Shown here one piece after another: positions 45,786-55,432 of a stretch of 64,000 nucleotides of DNA. The notes under the pieces were generated by a model, which was given only the letters and a program-made list of their open reading frames with translations, was not told where the DNA came from and searched no databases. The DNA is taken from assembly GCA_037129985.1 (NCBI GenBank), contig JBAXTW010000002.1:14904-78903 (forward strand). Reading direction: 5' to 3'. A program made the position numbers and the translations under genes. This DNA comes from Pseudanabaena sp. ELA645. Its GTDB lineage: Bacteria; Cyanobacteriota; Cyanobacteriia; Pseudanabaenales; Pseudanabaenaceae. Within the stretch, counting starts at the first letter, position 1; every line of letters starts with the position of its first letter.

Positions 45786-47009
45786 ATGTTAACTAAATTG
45801 AACTTAAGAGGTATTGGTTCTGTAAGAAATCTTGAAATTGAATTTGGAGATCGCCTCAACATTCTTACAGGTGACAATGGATTAGGCAAGAGTTTTCTGC
45901 TTGATGTGATCTGGTTTGCCTTGACAGATAACTGGATTGGCTTGCCAGCACTACCAAATTTTGACCAAGATACTTCTCCATATATTCGCTTTCAAGCCAG
46001 TAATGGAGAAGAAGGTGAGAGTGTCTTTCTATTTGATAAACAAAGATGGCAAGACTTTCAGCGTTCACAAGAAGATGAAATTGTTATCTATAGCCGTATT
46101 GATGGAGGATTTTCGATTTTCGATCCATTAAGAAAATACACTCCTGATGAAGTTTACAACTTTACAACACATCAAGTTCTGAACGGATTAATATTTAATA
46201 ATGGCTCCATACCTTGTATGGGGCTGATTCATGATCTTGACTATTGGCAGCTAAAGCAAACAGAAACACCTTATCAAATTCTCCAAAGTGTAATTCAAGA
46301 TCTGTCTCATCCTGATGAGCTAATGCAAGTTGGTTCATCTGTAAGGCTTTCAGTAGATGATAGCCGTCAGATTCCTACCCTTACCTTACCCTATGGCAAT
46401 GTTCCTGTAACTCATGTTTCTTCAGGTATTCAAAGGATTTTAAGTTTGGCATATATGCTTGTATGGACATGGGACGAACATATTCAAATCACAAAACTTA
46501 AAAGAACTGAGCCACTCAAAAAAATTGTTTTTCTAATTGATGAGTTAGAAGCACATTTACATCCCAAATGGCAAAGAACTATTCTTCCTGCCATTCTTCA
46601 AGTTTGTAAATTATTAAATCCAGAAATTGAAGTGCAAGTTGTTACAACGACACATTCGCCGATGGTGTTAGCCTCTGCTGAACCGTATTTTGATGAGGAG
46701 CTAGACAAATTATTTCTTTTTGAGTTACTTGGAAGCGAGGTAACTCTCAATGAAATTCCTTGGGTAACGCAAGGTGATGTGGTGGGATGGTTGACCTCAG
46801 AAATTTTTGACCTCAAACAAGCGCGATCGCGTGAAGCAGAGGTAGCAATTGGTGCAGCTCAAGCTTGGGCTGTTAAAGATTTATCCTATAAATTCCCTGA
46901 CAATTTAAGGACATTCGCGCAAATTCAAGCAAAACTCGAACAAGTCATTCCTGGTCACGATCCTTTCTGGATTGGTTGGACTGTCAAAAATGAGGCAAGA
47001 CAGCAATGA
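45786..47009 (+). CDS. ABC/AAA_15-AAA_21-type ATPase (PtuA-like)
   Basis: Walker A GDNGLGKS (aa 29-36), signature-like SSGIQRILSLAY, Walker B plus DExxxHLHP box VFLIDELEAHLHPKWQ, and H-loop TTHSP. Confidence 0.8.
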   Translation: MLTKLNLRGIGSVRNLEIEFGDRLNILTGDNGLGKSFLLDVIWFALTDNWIGLPALPNFDQDTSPYIRFQASNGEEGESVFLFDKQRWQDFQRSQEDEIVIYSRIDGGFSIFDPLRKYTPDEVYNFTTHQVLNGLIFNNGSIPCMGLIHDLDYWQLKQTETPYQILQSVIQDLSHPDELMQVGSSVRLSVDDSRQIPTLTLPYGNVPVTHVSSGIQRILSLAYMLVWTWDEHIQITKLKRTEPLKKIVFLIDELEAHLHPKWQRTILPAILQVCKLLNPEIEVQVVTTTHSPMVLASAEPYFDEELDKLFLFELLGSEVTLNEIPWVTQGDVVGWLTSEIFDLKQARSREAEVAIGAAQAWAVKDLSYKFPDNLRTFAQIQAKLEQVIPGHDPFWIGWTVKNEARQQ

Positions 47010-47584
47010 TTCATTTTGATCGTGTGCCAGAGCCTCCAGATTTTGAGCGAGAAGTTAGACAAAAAGGCGAAGATTGGCTGGCAAAACATCCTGACAATAA
47101 AAGACTAACAAATTTATGGTCGCCCTTTAAAAAGTATCTTGCTGATGGATTTCTAAATCTTTGCGGATATTCAGCAATGTTTGAGCCAATTGGCACAGTA
47201 GATCATTACATCAGTTGCGATAGTGATCGAACAAAAGCATACGACTGGAATAATTATCGTTTTGCTTCAGGCTGGCTTAATAGTTCTAAACAGAACTTAG
47301 ATGATCGAGTATTTGATCCCTTTGAAGTACAAAATGGTTGGTTTGAAGTAGAATTACGCACATTTAGATTAGTCCCACAGCTTGACAAGATCCCTAATAA
47401 TGAATGGGAAAAAGCTAAGCTAACTCTTGAAAAACTACACCTCGATAATGATGAAAGAGTTGTACGACAGCGTAGAGAATGGTATCGAATGTATGATTCT
47501 GGTGAGTTAAGTCTTGATGGACTAGAGAAAAAAGCTCCGCTTGTTGCCCGTGCGATCAGAAAAAGGGCGATCGCAACAAATTAG
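47006..47584 (+). CDS. PtuB/TIGR02646-like HNH-fold protein with degenerate zinc ligands
   Basis: ATGA overlap with the ATPase gene. The layout C-G-Y-S..(x)..VDHYIS..DWNNYRFASGWLNSSKQN parallels CxYCE..DH..W.NL..AC..CN..K, but three of the four Cys are replaced. Family assignment is by pattern memory only. Confidence 0.6.
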   Translation: MIHFDRVPEPPDFEREVRQKGEDWLAKHPDNKRLTNLWSPFKKYLADGFLNLCGYSAMFEPIGTVDHYISCDSDRTKAYDWNNYRFASGWLNSSKQNLDDRVFDPFEVQNGWFEVELRTFRLVPQLDKIPNNEWEKAKLTLEKLHLDNDERVVRQRREWYRMYDSGELSLDGLEKKAPLVARAIRKRAIATN

Positions 47585-47626
47585 ATTCCAAAAATCGTAA
47601 ACTTGAATACTTATAAGGAGGTAATT

Positions 47627-48727
47627 ATGAAGAGAATCGAAGTTGAGACAAGAACAATTCTGTTGACCTTGACTGGCTCTAGACTGTATCGAGTTCATAA
47701 CGAAGATAGTGATTATGATTACAAGGGAATTTGTATTCCCACACTTCCTTATTTCATTGGCACACAAAACTTTGAGCAACTAGATAGTTTTGTTGAGCCA
47801 ACCTGCTTATATCCAGCTTTAACCGATACTGACAGCAATATCTATAACATCAAAAAATTCTGTCATTTGGCAACACTAAACAACCCCAACATCCTTGAAT
47901 TGCTATGGATAGACCGCAGCGAATATCTGGTTCTGACTAGTTTTGGTGAATCTTTGATTGAAATACGGGACGCTTTTTTGAGTCAGAAAGTCTTTTACAG
48001 TTATTCTGGCTACGCTCAAGCCCAAATTAAAAAGGTACAAACCCATAGAAAATGGCTATTGCGATATAAAGAAGATCCCAATTTTTTCTCATCTCCTCCC
48101 AATCCTCAAGACTATGGACTAGAAGAGAATCCGCTTCGCAAAGAGCAGTTAAATGCTTTTCTGGAATTTCTTTACATCCTCATTAAAGATGCTAGTCAAT
48201 ACAGTGAAGTTGCGACCGAGTTGTTAACTCATGTGGACTACAAGGGACTGCTGAAACAATATCCGTTAGCTGAAGAGTTGTTACCAGCAATGCAGTACTA
48301 CACCAGATCAACCAACGATTTTGTGACCTTACTGCACAATACGCAAACCTATCGCCAAGCATTGCAAGAGTATGAAGCCTTTCAGTCATGGCGTAAAAAT
48401 CGCAATTCCAAACGGGCGGCGATCGAAGAAAAGGTGGGCTATGACAGCAAGCATTCTGGACATTGCTATCGTTTACTCAAGTCGGGAATCGAAATCTTGA
48501 ATGGTGAAGGCGTTATTCCTAATCGCGAAATTACGGGTGATGCTCAATTTATTCGCCAAATTCGCAATGGTGAAATACCATACGATACTTTGATCGCAGA
48601 GGTTGACGGGCTAACTGCTAAGCTGGCGATCGCAATGGAAAACACTAAACTACCCAAATATCCAGATCAAAAGGCGATCGAAGAAAAGCAGATGGAGATT
48701 ATTAAGGCATATCTTGAGTTTAAATAA
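47627..48727 (+). CDS. Pol-beta-superfamily nucleotidyltransferase (PF10127/RlaP-like)
   Basis: N-terminal LTGSRLYRVHNEDSDYDYKG (GS...D.D NTase signature). A strong AAGGAGG lies 6 nt upstream of the ATG at 47627, and the gene starts 42 nt after the preceding gene. Confidence 0.65.
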   Translation: MKRIEVETRTILLTLTGSRLYRVHNEDSDYDYKGICIPTLPYFIGTQNFEQLDSFVEPTCLYPALTDTDSNIYNIKKFCHLATLNNPNILELLWIDRSEYLVLTSFGESLIEIRDAFLSQKVFYSYSGYAQAQIKKVQTHRKWLLRYKEDPNFFSSPPNPQDYGLEENPLRKEQLNAFLEFLYILIKDASQYSEVATELLTHVDYKGLLKQYPLAEELLPAMQYYTRSTNDFVTLLHNTQTYRQALQEYEAFQSWRKNRNSKRAAIEEKVGYDSKHSGHCYRLLKSGIEILNGEGVIPNREITGDAQFIRQIRNGEIPYDTLIAEVDGLTAKLAIAMENTKLPKYPDQKAIEEKQMEIIKAYLEFK

Positions 48728-48787
48728 TTTAATAGGGATCAACATTAAATTATGATAGAAAAATAATTGATCAAAACGTGTTAAACC

Positions 48788-49708
48788 ATGACCCTACAGT
48801 ACGCCTATATACGCGGAACATTTGTCCCCCTCGAAGATGCCACAATAAACATCCGCACCCACGCATTTCTATATGGTACGGCTGTGTTTGAAGGGGTGAA
48901 AGCGTATTGGCTACCTGAAGAAAACTGTATGGCAGCATTTCGTCTTCACGAACATTACCAACGCCTGCTCCAAAGTTGTCGCATTATCGGATTGCAGCAC
49001 CCACTTGATGTTGGCACGATGGTAGATATAACCATTGAGTTATTAAAGCGCAATCAATGTAACACAGCTACTTATCTCCGTCCGATTATTTACAAATCTG
49101 ATCTACGGATTGGACCAATTCTCAAAGTTCCCCATACTCACGATGATTTCTGTTTGTTCAGCTTGCCGATGGATGGCTATCTTGATACTAGCAATGGTAT
49201 CAAGGTTGGCGTGTCTTCGTGGCGGCGTTTAGATGACAATGCTATTCCTGCTAGGGCGAAAGTCAATGGTGCTTATGTGAATACAGCCCTTGCTAAGACC
49301 GATGGCTATGCTTCTGGTTTTGATGATGTGATTGTTTTGACTAATGAAGGTCATGTTGCCGAAGGAAGTGCAATGAATCTGTTTTTAGTAAGAGATGGAA
49401 AGCTCGTTACTAGTTCCGTTACGGATAATATTCTGGAAGGGATCACTCGCAACTCGATCATGGAATTAGCGGCTAAGGAACTAGGTATCGAAACCGTATC
49501 GCGCACAATCGATCGCACTGAGCTATATATTGCCGATGAAGCCTTTTTTGTCGGTACGGCTGCTGAAGTTACGCCAATTATCAGTGTTGACCATCGTCCT
49601 GTTGGCGATGGTGTTGTCGGTGAGATCACAGCAAAACTTCGCGATTTGTATAGCAAAGCTATTCATGGACTATTACCCGCTTATCAGCCTTGGCTAACCA
49701 AGGTATAA
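48788..49708 (+). CDS. ilvE: Branched-chain amino acid aminotransferase (class IV)
   Basis: FLYGTAVFEGVKAY, RPIIY, EGSAMNLF, EGITRNSI, and a length of ~305 aa. Confidence 0.88.
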   Translation: MTLQYAYIRGTFVPLEDATINIRTHAFLYGTAVFEGVKAYWLPEENCMAAFRLHEHYQRLLQSCRIIGLQHPLDVGTMVDITIELLKRNQCNTATYLRPIIYKSDLRIGPILKVPHTHDDFCLFSLPMDGYLDTSNGIKVGVSSWRRLDDNAIPARAKVNGAYVNTALAKTDGYASGFDDVIVLTNEGHVAEGSAMNLFLVRDGKLVTSSVTDNILEGITRNSIMELAAKELGIETVSRTIDRTELYIADEAFFVGTAAEVTPIISVDHRPVGDGVVGEITAKLRDLYSKAIHGLLPAYQPWLTKV

Positions 49709-49710
49709 AT

Positions 49711-49741
49711 AAAAAAGGTGGCGCGAAGCGCCGCCTTTCTT
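49711..49741. terminator. Bidirectional terminator between ilvE and the FHA gene
   Basis: AAAAAAGGTGGCGC-GAAG-CGCCGCCTTTCTT. Confidence 0.75.
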
Positions 49742-50528
49742 ATTCGATAACTTGAAAGACAAAACTAACTTTGTCGCCTTTTCCTAACGAAATGCGATCG
49801 CCTGCTCGGAGCTTATGACGATTACCCGCAGGAAGAGGCAAGTTGTTGATATAAGTACCATTCGAGCTACCAGTATCTTCAAAATAGAAGGAACCACCCT
49901 CAGCCCGAATATCTGCGTGAATCCGCGACACAATGTCTGAATCGGGAAAGCCTGACACGTCAATATCAGGAGGAATTACCATATTTGGTTTACCAATATG
50001 GACTACTGGTAAATGGGCGGGAATTTCAATATTGAGATTGGTTTGAATATGGAGTAAAGATGCGGCAAACTGTTGTAATTGCGTGCTTGCGTTGGCAGGT
50101 TTATTGACAGGACTATTGGAAGTTACATTATCAGGTTCGGATTGCGGACTCGGATTAGAAATAGGTTCGGGGTATGGCGCAACCTCTTGTAGTTCTTGAA
50201 TTTCTGGTAGATTATTCTCAGCGACATTATGAACGTTCGCAACTTCTGAACTTAAATTTTCCAAAGAACTTGTTCCCATAGTATTGTCTTCAGTTATTTC
50301 GTTAGGTAAAGAATTGGACATAGAATTAGCGATCGGTAATACGGGTGGAAGGCTCATTGACTCACTGAGATTAAAACCACAATGTCCGCAAAATTTTGCC
50401 TCCGATAACATCGTTGAATGGCAACTGGGGCATTGGATATTTTTGACAATCGGTAATGGTGTGAAGCAAGCTTCACAGTTTACAGCCCCGTCAGGGTTAG
50501 AATGAGCGCAACTAGGACAAGTAATCAT
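49740..50528 (-). CDS. Double-zinc-ribbon / FHA domain protein
   Basis: N-terminal CPSC..CEAC and CPSC..CGHCG. The linker is rich in S, N, P and E residues. C-terminal FHA (RIHADIRAEGGSFYFEDTGSSNGTYINN...GDRISLG). Confidence 0.8.
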   Translation of the reverse strand: MITCPSCAHSNPDGAVNCEACFTPLPIVKNIQCPSCHSTMLSEAKFCGHCGFNLSESMSLPPVLPIANSMSNSLPNEITEDNTMGTSSLENLSSEVANVHNVAENNLPEIQELQEVAPYPEPISNPSPQSEPDNVTSNSPVNKPANASTQLQQFAASLLHIQTNLNIEIPAHLPVVHIGKPNMVIPPDIDVSGFPDSDIVSRIHADIRAEGGSFYFEDTGSSNGTYINNLPLPAGNRHKLRAGDRISLGKGDKVSFVFQVIE

Positions 50529-50579
50529 AAAGTAACTTAGGTGGGAAACTTAGATGCAAAATTTAAAGATCGCAAGAAC

Positions 50580-51854
50580 TTAAGGGATTGGAGGCACTTG
50601 TAATACGGTCTTGGATGCAATACGAGTTTTCTTGCGTTCAGCCTCGCTCAGAGCCGTTCCAGTCTGTAGACGAGTTGCATTTTCTTGGAGGACTGTTGAA
50701 GCATTACGATCGCCCATTTGCAAAGCTGTTTTTGCAGCAGATTGTAGCATTGTCGCTGCCCCAGCGCGATCGCCTTCTTGTAGCTTTTGTTCTGCAAGCT
50801 GCGTTTGCCGATATTTACCTAAAGCTAAGAGATAATTCTGCACCTGTGGATCGACCTGTGGCTGATAGTCTTGGACTAAATCTGCGGCGATCGCTATTGG
50901 TGCTGAAAGTGAATTAATTTGCGCCAAGGTGGGGACATCAAAACGCACTTGGGCTGACAAAAGTGGAATTTCCGTAGTAGCGGGATGCGCTTCAAGGTAA
51001 CTAGTGGGACTGATATAAATATTAAATAGCACCACTCGTTCGACATCGGTCATCAGATCTCCCAATCTGACAATAATTGCATTGCCCTCGGTTTGATAAG
51101 GCAATTCGATTGTGTCTGGAGCAACTTGGGCGATCGGCTTTAATTCAGCAAGGCGGACATGGGGTTGAAGCTGCAAAATCAAATGGGCGTTAGTTAGCCC
51201 GATCGCTTGCACTCGTTTTAATAATCGCTGAAATTCTGCACCCGCCGCCGCAGGATCGGGAATATACGCCATTGTCCCGCCGCCTGCGTCGGCAATCTTT
51301 TCTAGCACATCCTGATTCCAGCTATCGCCAAAACCGAGGCTATGCAAAGTCATATTGTACTCAGTCGCTAAGCGCGAAAACTGGAAGCAGCGATCGTTAT
51401 CACCATGCTCATTTTCGCCATCAGTCAACACAAATATTTGGCTAACTCTGCCATCTTTGCCCTTACTGGTTTCCTGCAAGCCCAACTTGATGCCATCATC
51501 GATACAAGTACCGCCCGAAGCCTTCAGTGATTGAATTTTTTCTTTGATTGATTCTAGGCGATCAACCGCCTGATTCTCGACCACCACATGAGCCTTATGA
51601 TCAAAGCCAACCACACTAATCCGATCCTGTGGATACATCCGATCAACCAGATCACGCGCCGCCCGCTTGACCGTATCTAAGGGCTGTCCGCCCATAGAGC
51701 CACTGTGATCTAATACTAAGCAAAGATTCAAAGGTGCATTATTGCCATCAACAGATGCACTAGCCGAAACCGCGATCGCTAATTGCCGTTGACTACTGCC
51801 TTGACTACTATCAAGATGGCGATCGCTTAACTTACAGGTCAAATTCACGCTCAT
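50580..51854 (-). CDS. von Willebrand factor A (VWA) domain protein
   Basis: MIDAS motif LVLDHSGSMGG, with later T and D residues (LTDGENEHGD). The C-terminal half is of unknown function. Confidence 0.8.
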   Translation of the reverse strand: MSVNLTCKLSDRHLDSSQGSSQRQLAIAVSASASVDGNNAPLNLCLVLDHSGSMGGQPLDTVKRAARDLVDRMYPQDRISVVGFDHKAHVVVENQAVDRLESIKEKIQSLKASGGTCIDDGIKLGLQETSKGKDGRVSQIFVLTDGENEHGDNDRCFQFSRLATEYNMTLHSLGFGDSWNQDVLEKIADAGGGTMAYIPDPAAAGAEFQRLLKRVQAIGLTNAHLILQLQPHVRLAELKPIAQVAPDTIELPYQTEGNAIIVRLGDLMTDVERVVLFNIYISPTSYLEAHPATTEIPLLSAQVRFDVPTLAQINSLSAPIAIAADLVQDYQPQVDPQVQNYLLALGKYRQTQLAEQKLQEGDRAGAATMLQSAAKTALQMGDRNASTVLQENATRLQTGTALSEAERKKTRIASKTVLQVPPIP

Positions 51855-52238
51855 TTAAGCTTCTATCCCTAATATTTCAAAAGATTTTTCGAGAATTTCA
51901 TCGGGATCAAAGGGCTTTGTCATGTATATATCTGCTCCGACATCCTTACCGCGATCGCGATCGAATTCCTGCCCCTTGGCTGTCAGCATAATGATATATA
52001 CATCACTCAACGTTGGATCAGCTTTGATGTGCTGACAAACCTCGTACCCATTCATCTTGGGCATCATCACGTCTAAAAATACTAAATTCGGTTTTTCGCT
52101 GCGAATAGTCTCAAGCGCTTCTAATCCGTTAGTTGCTGATAATATTTCTACGTCATGATCCTCTAACTCTTCTAGAGTCTGCTCCAACAGCAAGCGAATA
52201 TGCGGTTCGTCATCAACAATTAATAGCTTCTTTGTCAT
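51855..52238 (-). CDS. Single-domain CheY-like response regulator
   Basis: LLIVDDE, DLVFLDVMMPKMNG, LTAKG, KPF. Its stop TAA directly abuts the ATG of the VWA gene. Confidence 0.88.
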   Translation of the reverse strand: MTKKLLIVDDEPHIRLLLEQTLEELEDHDVEILSATNGLEALETIRSEKPNLVFLDVMMPKMNGYEVCQHIKADPTLSDVYIIMLTAKGQEFDRDRGKDVGADIYMTKPFDPDEILEKSFEILGIEA

Positions 52239-52321
52239 TGTAAAGCCCTTGAGTTTGCTTACCCTTAATGTATCACTTACAGCGCTTTGCGTTCAAAAAA
52301 ATAACCTGTTCCCTTTGGTGA

Positions 52322-52363
52322 AGCGATCAGTATTTATAAATTAGCGATCAGTATTTATAAATT
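52322..52363. repeat. Perfect 21-bp tandem duplication AGCGATCAGTATTTATAAATT x2
   Basis: Read directly. It lies between the secA terminator and the RR-VWA-FHA operon start. Confidence 0.9.
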
Positions 52364-52392
52364 AAAGAGAGGCGCTTTGCACCTCTCTTTAA
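52362..52392 (-). terminator. Terminator hairpin downstream of secA
   Basis: TTAAAGAGAGGCGC-TTTG-CACCTCTCTTTAA (one mismatch), followed by a T-run on the minus-strand reading. Confidence 0.65.
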
Positions 52393-52397
52393 TTTTT

Positions 52398-55208
52398 TTA
52401 CACAAACTCGGCTTCAAGTATCTCAGGTTGTTGTTGCGGACGGGGATCGAACTCGAATAGAGAATAGACAACATCACGACGGATTTGCGTCATCATGTCT
52501 AAAAAGATTTCGTAACCTTCACTCTTATATTCAATCAGAGGATCTTTTTGTCCATAACCGCGTAAACCTACCGACTCACGCAAAGCTTCCATTGCTTGCA
52601 AATGATCGCGCCAGAGGGCATCAATACGCTGCAATATAAAAAAGCGCTCAGCTTGACGCATCAAACCAGGTTGAAGATTTTCCACCTGAGCTTCTTTGAT
52701 TTCATAGGCGCGGCGAACTTCTTCACGGAGAAAGGCTTGAATTTCGGGCAGGAACATATCGTCTAGTTGATCGGCTTGGAGATCCTGTAAGAGATTCACA
52801 AATTCCTTCACTTTCTCCACCATTTTCGGTAGATTCCATTCTTCAGGTGGTAATTCGGGATTGATATAGGCATTGACAATATCATCCATCGTCCGCTCAG
52901 CATACTCAATTACGCGATCGCGTAAATCCTCACCCTCCAGTACTCGACGGCGCTCAGCATAGATAGCGCGGCGCTGATTGTTCATCACTTCATCATATTC
53001 AAACACCTGCTTACGGATGTCGTAATAGTAGGTTTCGACTTTTTTCTGAGCGTTCTCTAAGGCACTGGTGAGCATTCCCGAACTAATCGGCATATCCTCT
53101 TCCACGCGGAAGGCATTCATCAACCCTGCCACGCGATCGCCCGCAAAAATCCGCATCAAGTTATCTTCCAGACTCAAAAAGAATCTCGTAGAACCAGGGT
53201 CTCCCTGACGACCACAACGACCGCGTAACTGGTTGTCCACACGGCGAGATTCATGACGCTCTGTACCGATGACATGCAATCCATTCAGCTTGGTAACTTC
53301 GGCATGTTCAGCATCGGTGACAGATTCGTATTCACGCTTAATTAAGACGAACGCATTGCGTAATTTTTGAATGACTTCATCATCCGTGGGCGCTTTTTCG
53401 GAAGCAACCGCTAACATTTCTTCTGCTTCCAGTTCATTTTGACTCATGCGACCGAGTTTTGCCACCGCAAAATCAACGGCTTCCTTCAACAGTACTTGAG
53501 CATCTTTAGAAAGTTCGCAAGGATAGAGACTGTCAGAGACTTTCCAGTTTTTTTGTTTTTTCTCCTCTGAAGTTGTCCCGAAACCCTGTCCCTTTTGAGG
53601 GCGATCGCTAAACATCTTCTGACCTTCATTGGTGAAGTCATCGTCATCTTCAGGACGGACGATCTGTGGCATGAAGTTTTCTCGCACTTTTAGCCGCGCC
53701 ATATAGTCGGCATTACCGCCGAGGATAATGTCAGTACCACGACCCGCCATATTTGTAGCGATCGTAATCGAACCTTTACGACCTGCTTGCGCGACGATTT
53801 CGGCTTCACGCTCTACATTCTCAGGTTTCGCATTCAGCAGATTATGAGGAATATCTTTCTCAATCAATAACTGAGCGAGTACTTCCGATTTCTCGACACT
53901 AGTGGTTCCGATCAAAACAGGGCGACCTGCTTCATGCATTTCCCGACATTCTTCGGCAACGGCTCGCCATTTAGCAGCTTCAGTTTTGTAAACGACATCT
54001 GACCAGTCACTACGTCCACTCTTCTGATTGGTGGGCATAGTCGTAACTTCGAGATTATAAATTTTACCAAGTTCTGCTTCTTCGGTTTTCGCCGTACCAG
54101 TCATTCCACCTAGTTTGGGATAGAGCAGGAAGAAGTTTTGATAGGTGATGGTTGCTAAAGTTTGCGTTTCATTTTCGATCTGCACCCCTTCTTTGGCTTC
54201 GATCGCCTGATGCAAACCATCACTCCAACGGCGACCAGGCATGACCCGCCCTGTAAATTCATCAACGATGGTTACTTCCCCCTCACGCACGATGTAATTC
54301 ACATCACGCAGGAACAATTCTTTCGCTTTGAGAGCATTAAACACATAATGCGCCCAAGGATCGGCTTGATCGAACAAATCTGTGACCTTGAGTAGCTGTT
54401 CGGCAAGCTCAAAACCTTCATCGGTCATAACCACATTGCGCTGCTTTTCATCAACCTCGTAATGGGTTTCAGGTAGCATCTGGGCGGCAATATCTACTGC
54501 GCCGATATATTTTTCGGTGGGGCGCTCGACCATACCCGAAATAATCAGTGGAGTCCTTGCTTCGTCAATCAGAATTGAGTCAACTTCGTCAATTACACAA
54601 AAGTTAAAGGGACGCTGCACCACTTCTTCAATGCTAGTCGCCATATTGTCACGTAGATAGTCAAAACCGAGTTCGCTGTTGGTGGCGTAGGTGATATCAC
54701 AAGCATAGTTTTTGCGGCGATCGACTGGCTCCATCGAGTTTTGGATCAAACCTACAGACATTCCCAAAAAGCGATGTACTTGCCCCATCCATTCTGCGTC
54801 ACGTCGCGCTAGGTAATCATTCACGGTTACCACATGCACGCCTTTACCTGAGAGGGCATTGAGATAACTAGGCAATGTTGCAACAAGGGTTTTACCCTCA
54901 CCTGTTTTCATTTCGGCAATTTCACCGCGATGTAAGACCATACCGCCGAGCATCTGTACATCATAATGACGCAAGCCTAATACACGGGTGGCGGCTTCGC
55001 GGACTACGGCAAAGGCTTCGGGCAGTAGGTCATCAAGGGGTTCGCCTTTTTCTAATCTTTGTCTAAACTCTCCTGTTTTTCCTTGCAATTCGCGATCGCT
55101 TAGCGCCGCTAACTCTGGGGCGAGGGAGTTGATGAGAGCCACGTCGGGACGGAGTTTGTCGAGCTTGCGCTTGTTAGGATCGCCAATCAGGTTTTTTAGG
55201 TTAAACAT
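52398..55208 (-). CDS. secA: Preprotein translocase ATPase SecA
   Basis: [14 protein letters not shown] Walker [30 protein letters not shown], and a length of 936 aa. Confidence 0.95.
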   Translation of the reverse strand: MFNLKNLIGDPNKRKLDKLRPDVALINSLAPELAALSDRELQGKTGEFRQRLEKGEPLDDLLPEAFAVVREAATRVLGLRHYDVQMLGGMVLHRGEIAEMKTGEGKTLVATLPSYLNALSGKGVHVVTVNDYLARRDAEWMGQVHRFLGMSVGLIQNSMEPVDRRKNYACDITYATNSELGFDYLRDNMATSIEEVVQRPFNFCVIDEVDSILIDEARTPLIISGMVERPTEKYIGAVDIAAQMLPETHYEVDEKQRNVVMTDEGFELAEQLLKVTDLFDQADPWAHYVFNALKAKELFLRDVNYIVREGEVTIVDEFTGRVMPGRRWSDGLHQAIEAKEGVQIENETQTLATITYQNFFLLYPKLGGMTGTAKTEEAELGKIYNLEVTTMPTNQKSGRSDWSDVVYKTEAAKWRAVAEECREMHEAGRPVLIGTTSVEKSEVLAQLLIEKDIPHNLLNAKPENVEREAEIVAQAGRKGSITIATNMAGRGTDIILGGNADYMARLKVRENFMPQIVRPEDDDDFTNEGQKMFSDRPQKGQGFGTTSEEKKQKNWKVSDSLYPCELSKDAQVLLKEAVDFAVAKLGRMSQNELEAEEMLAVASEKAPTDDEVIQKLRNAFVLIKREYESVTDAEHAEVTKLNGLHVIGTERHESRRVDNQLRGRCGRQGDPGSTRFFLSLEDNLMRIFAGDRVAGLMNAFRVEEDMPISSGMLTSALENAQKKVETYYYDIRKQVFEYDEVMNNQRRAIYAERRRVLEGEDLRDRVIEYAERTMDDIVNAYINPELPPEEWNLPKMVEKVKEFVNLLQDLQADQLDDMFLPEIQAFLREEVRRAYEIKEAQVENLQPGLMRQAERFFILQRIDALWRDHLQAMEALRESVGLRGYGQKDPLIEYKSEGYEIFLDMMTQIRRDVVYSLFEFDPRPQQQPEILEAEFV

Positions 55209-55432
55209 AGCTACCGAATGCAGTTAAAACAGGGATTTGAAATCAGAAATGTGAAACAGGAGATGTACCAAACGTGATATTCAATACGATTTTGGAATAC
55301 CAGTATATATTACCCGACTGTTGAGACTACAAGCTTCGGTTAACCGAAGCAATGATTAAACCTCAAGTGGAAAATTGCCGCTATGCGGGTAAATTACCTT
55401 GATTAATAATAGAAAAATGCTAAAATTTCCCG

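Noticed and set aside
45457-48727. Retron (reverse transcriptase plus msr/msd) associated with the PtuA/PtuB-like pair
   Set aside because: There is no reverse-transcriptase ORF anywhere near the pair. I also saw no convincing msr/msd-type inverted repeats in the 330-bp upstream region.
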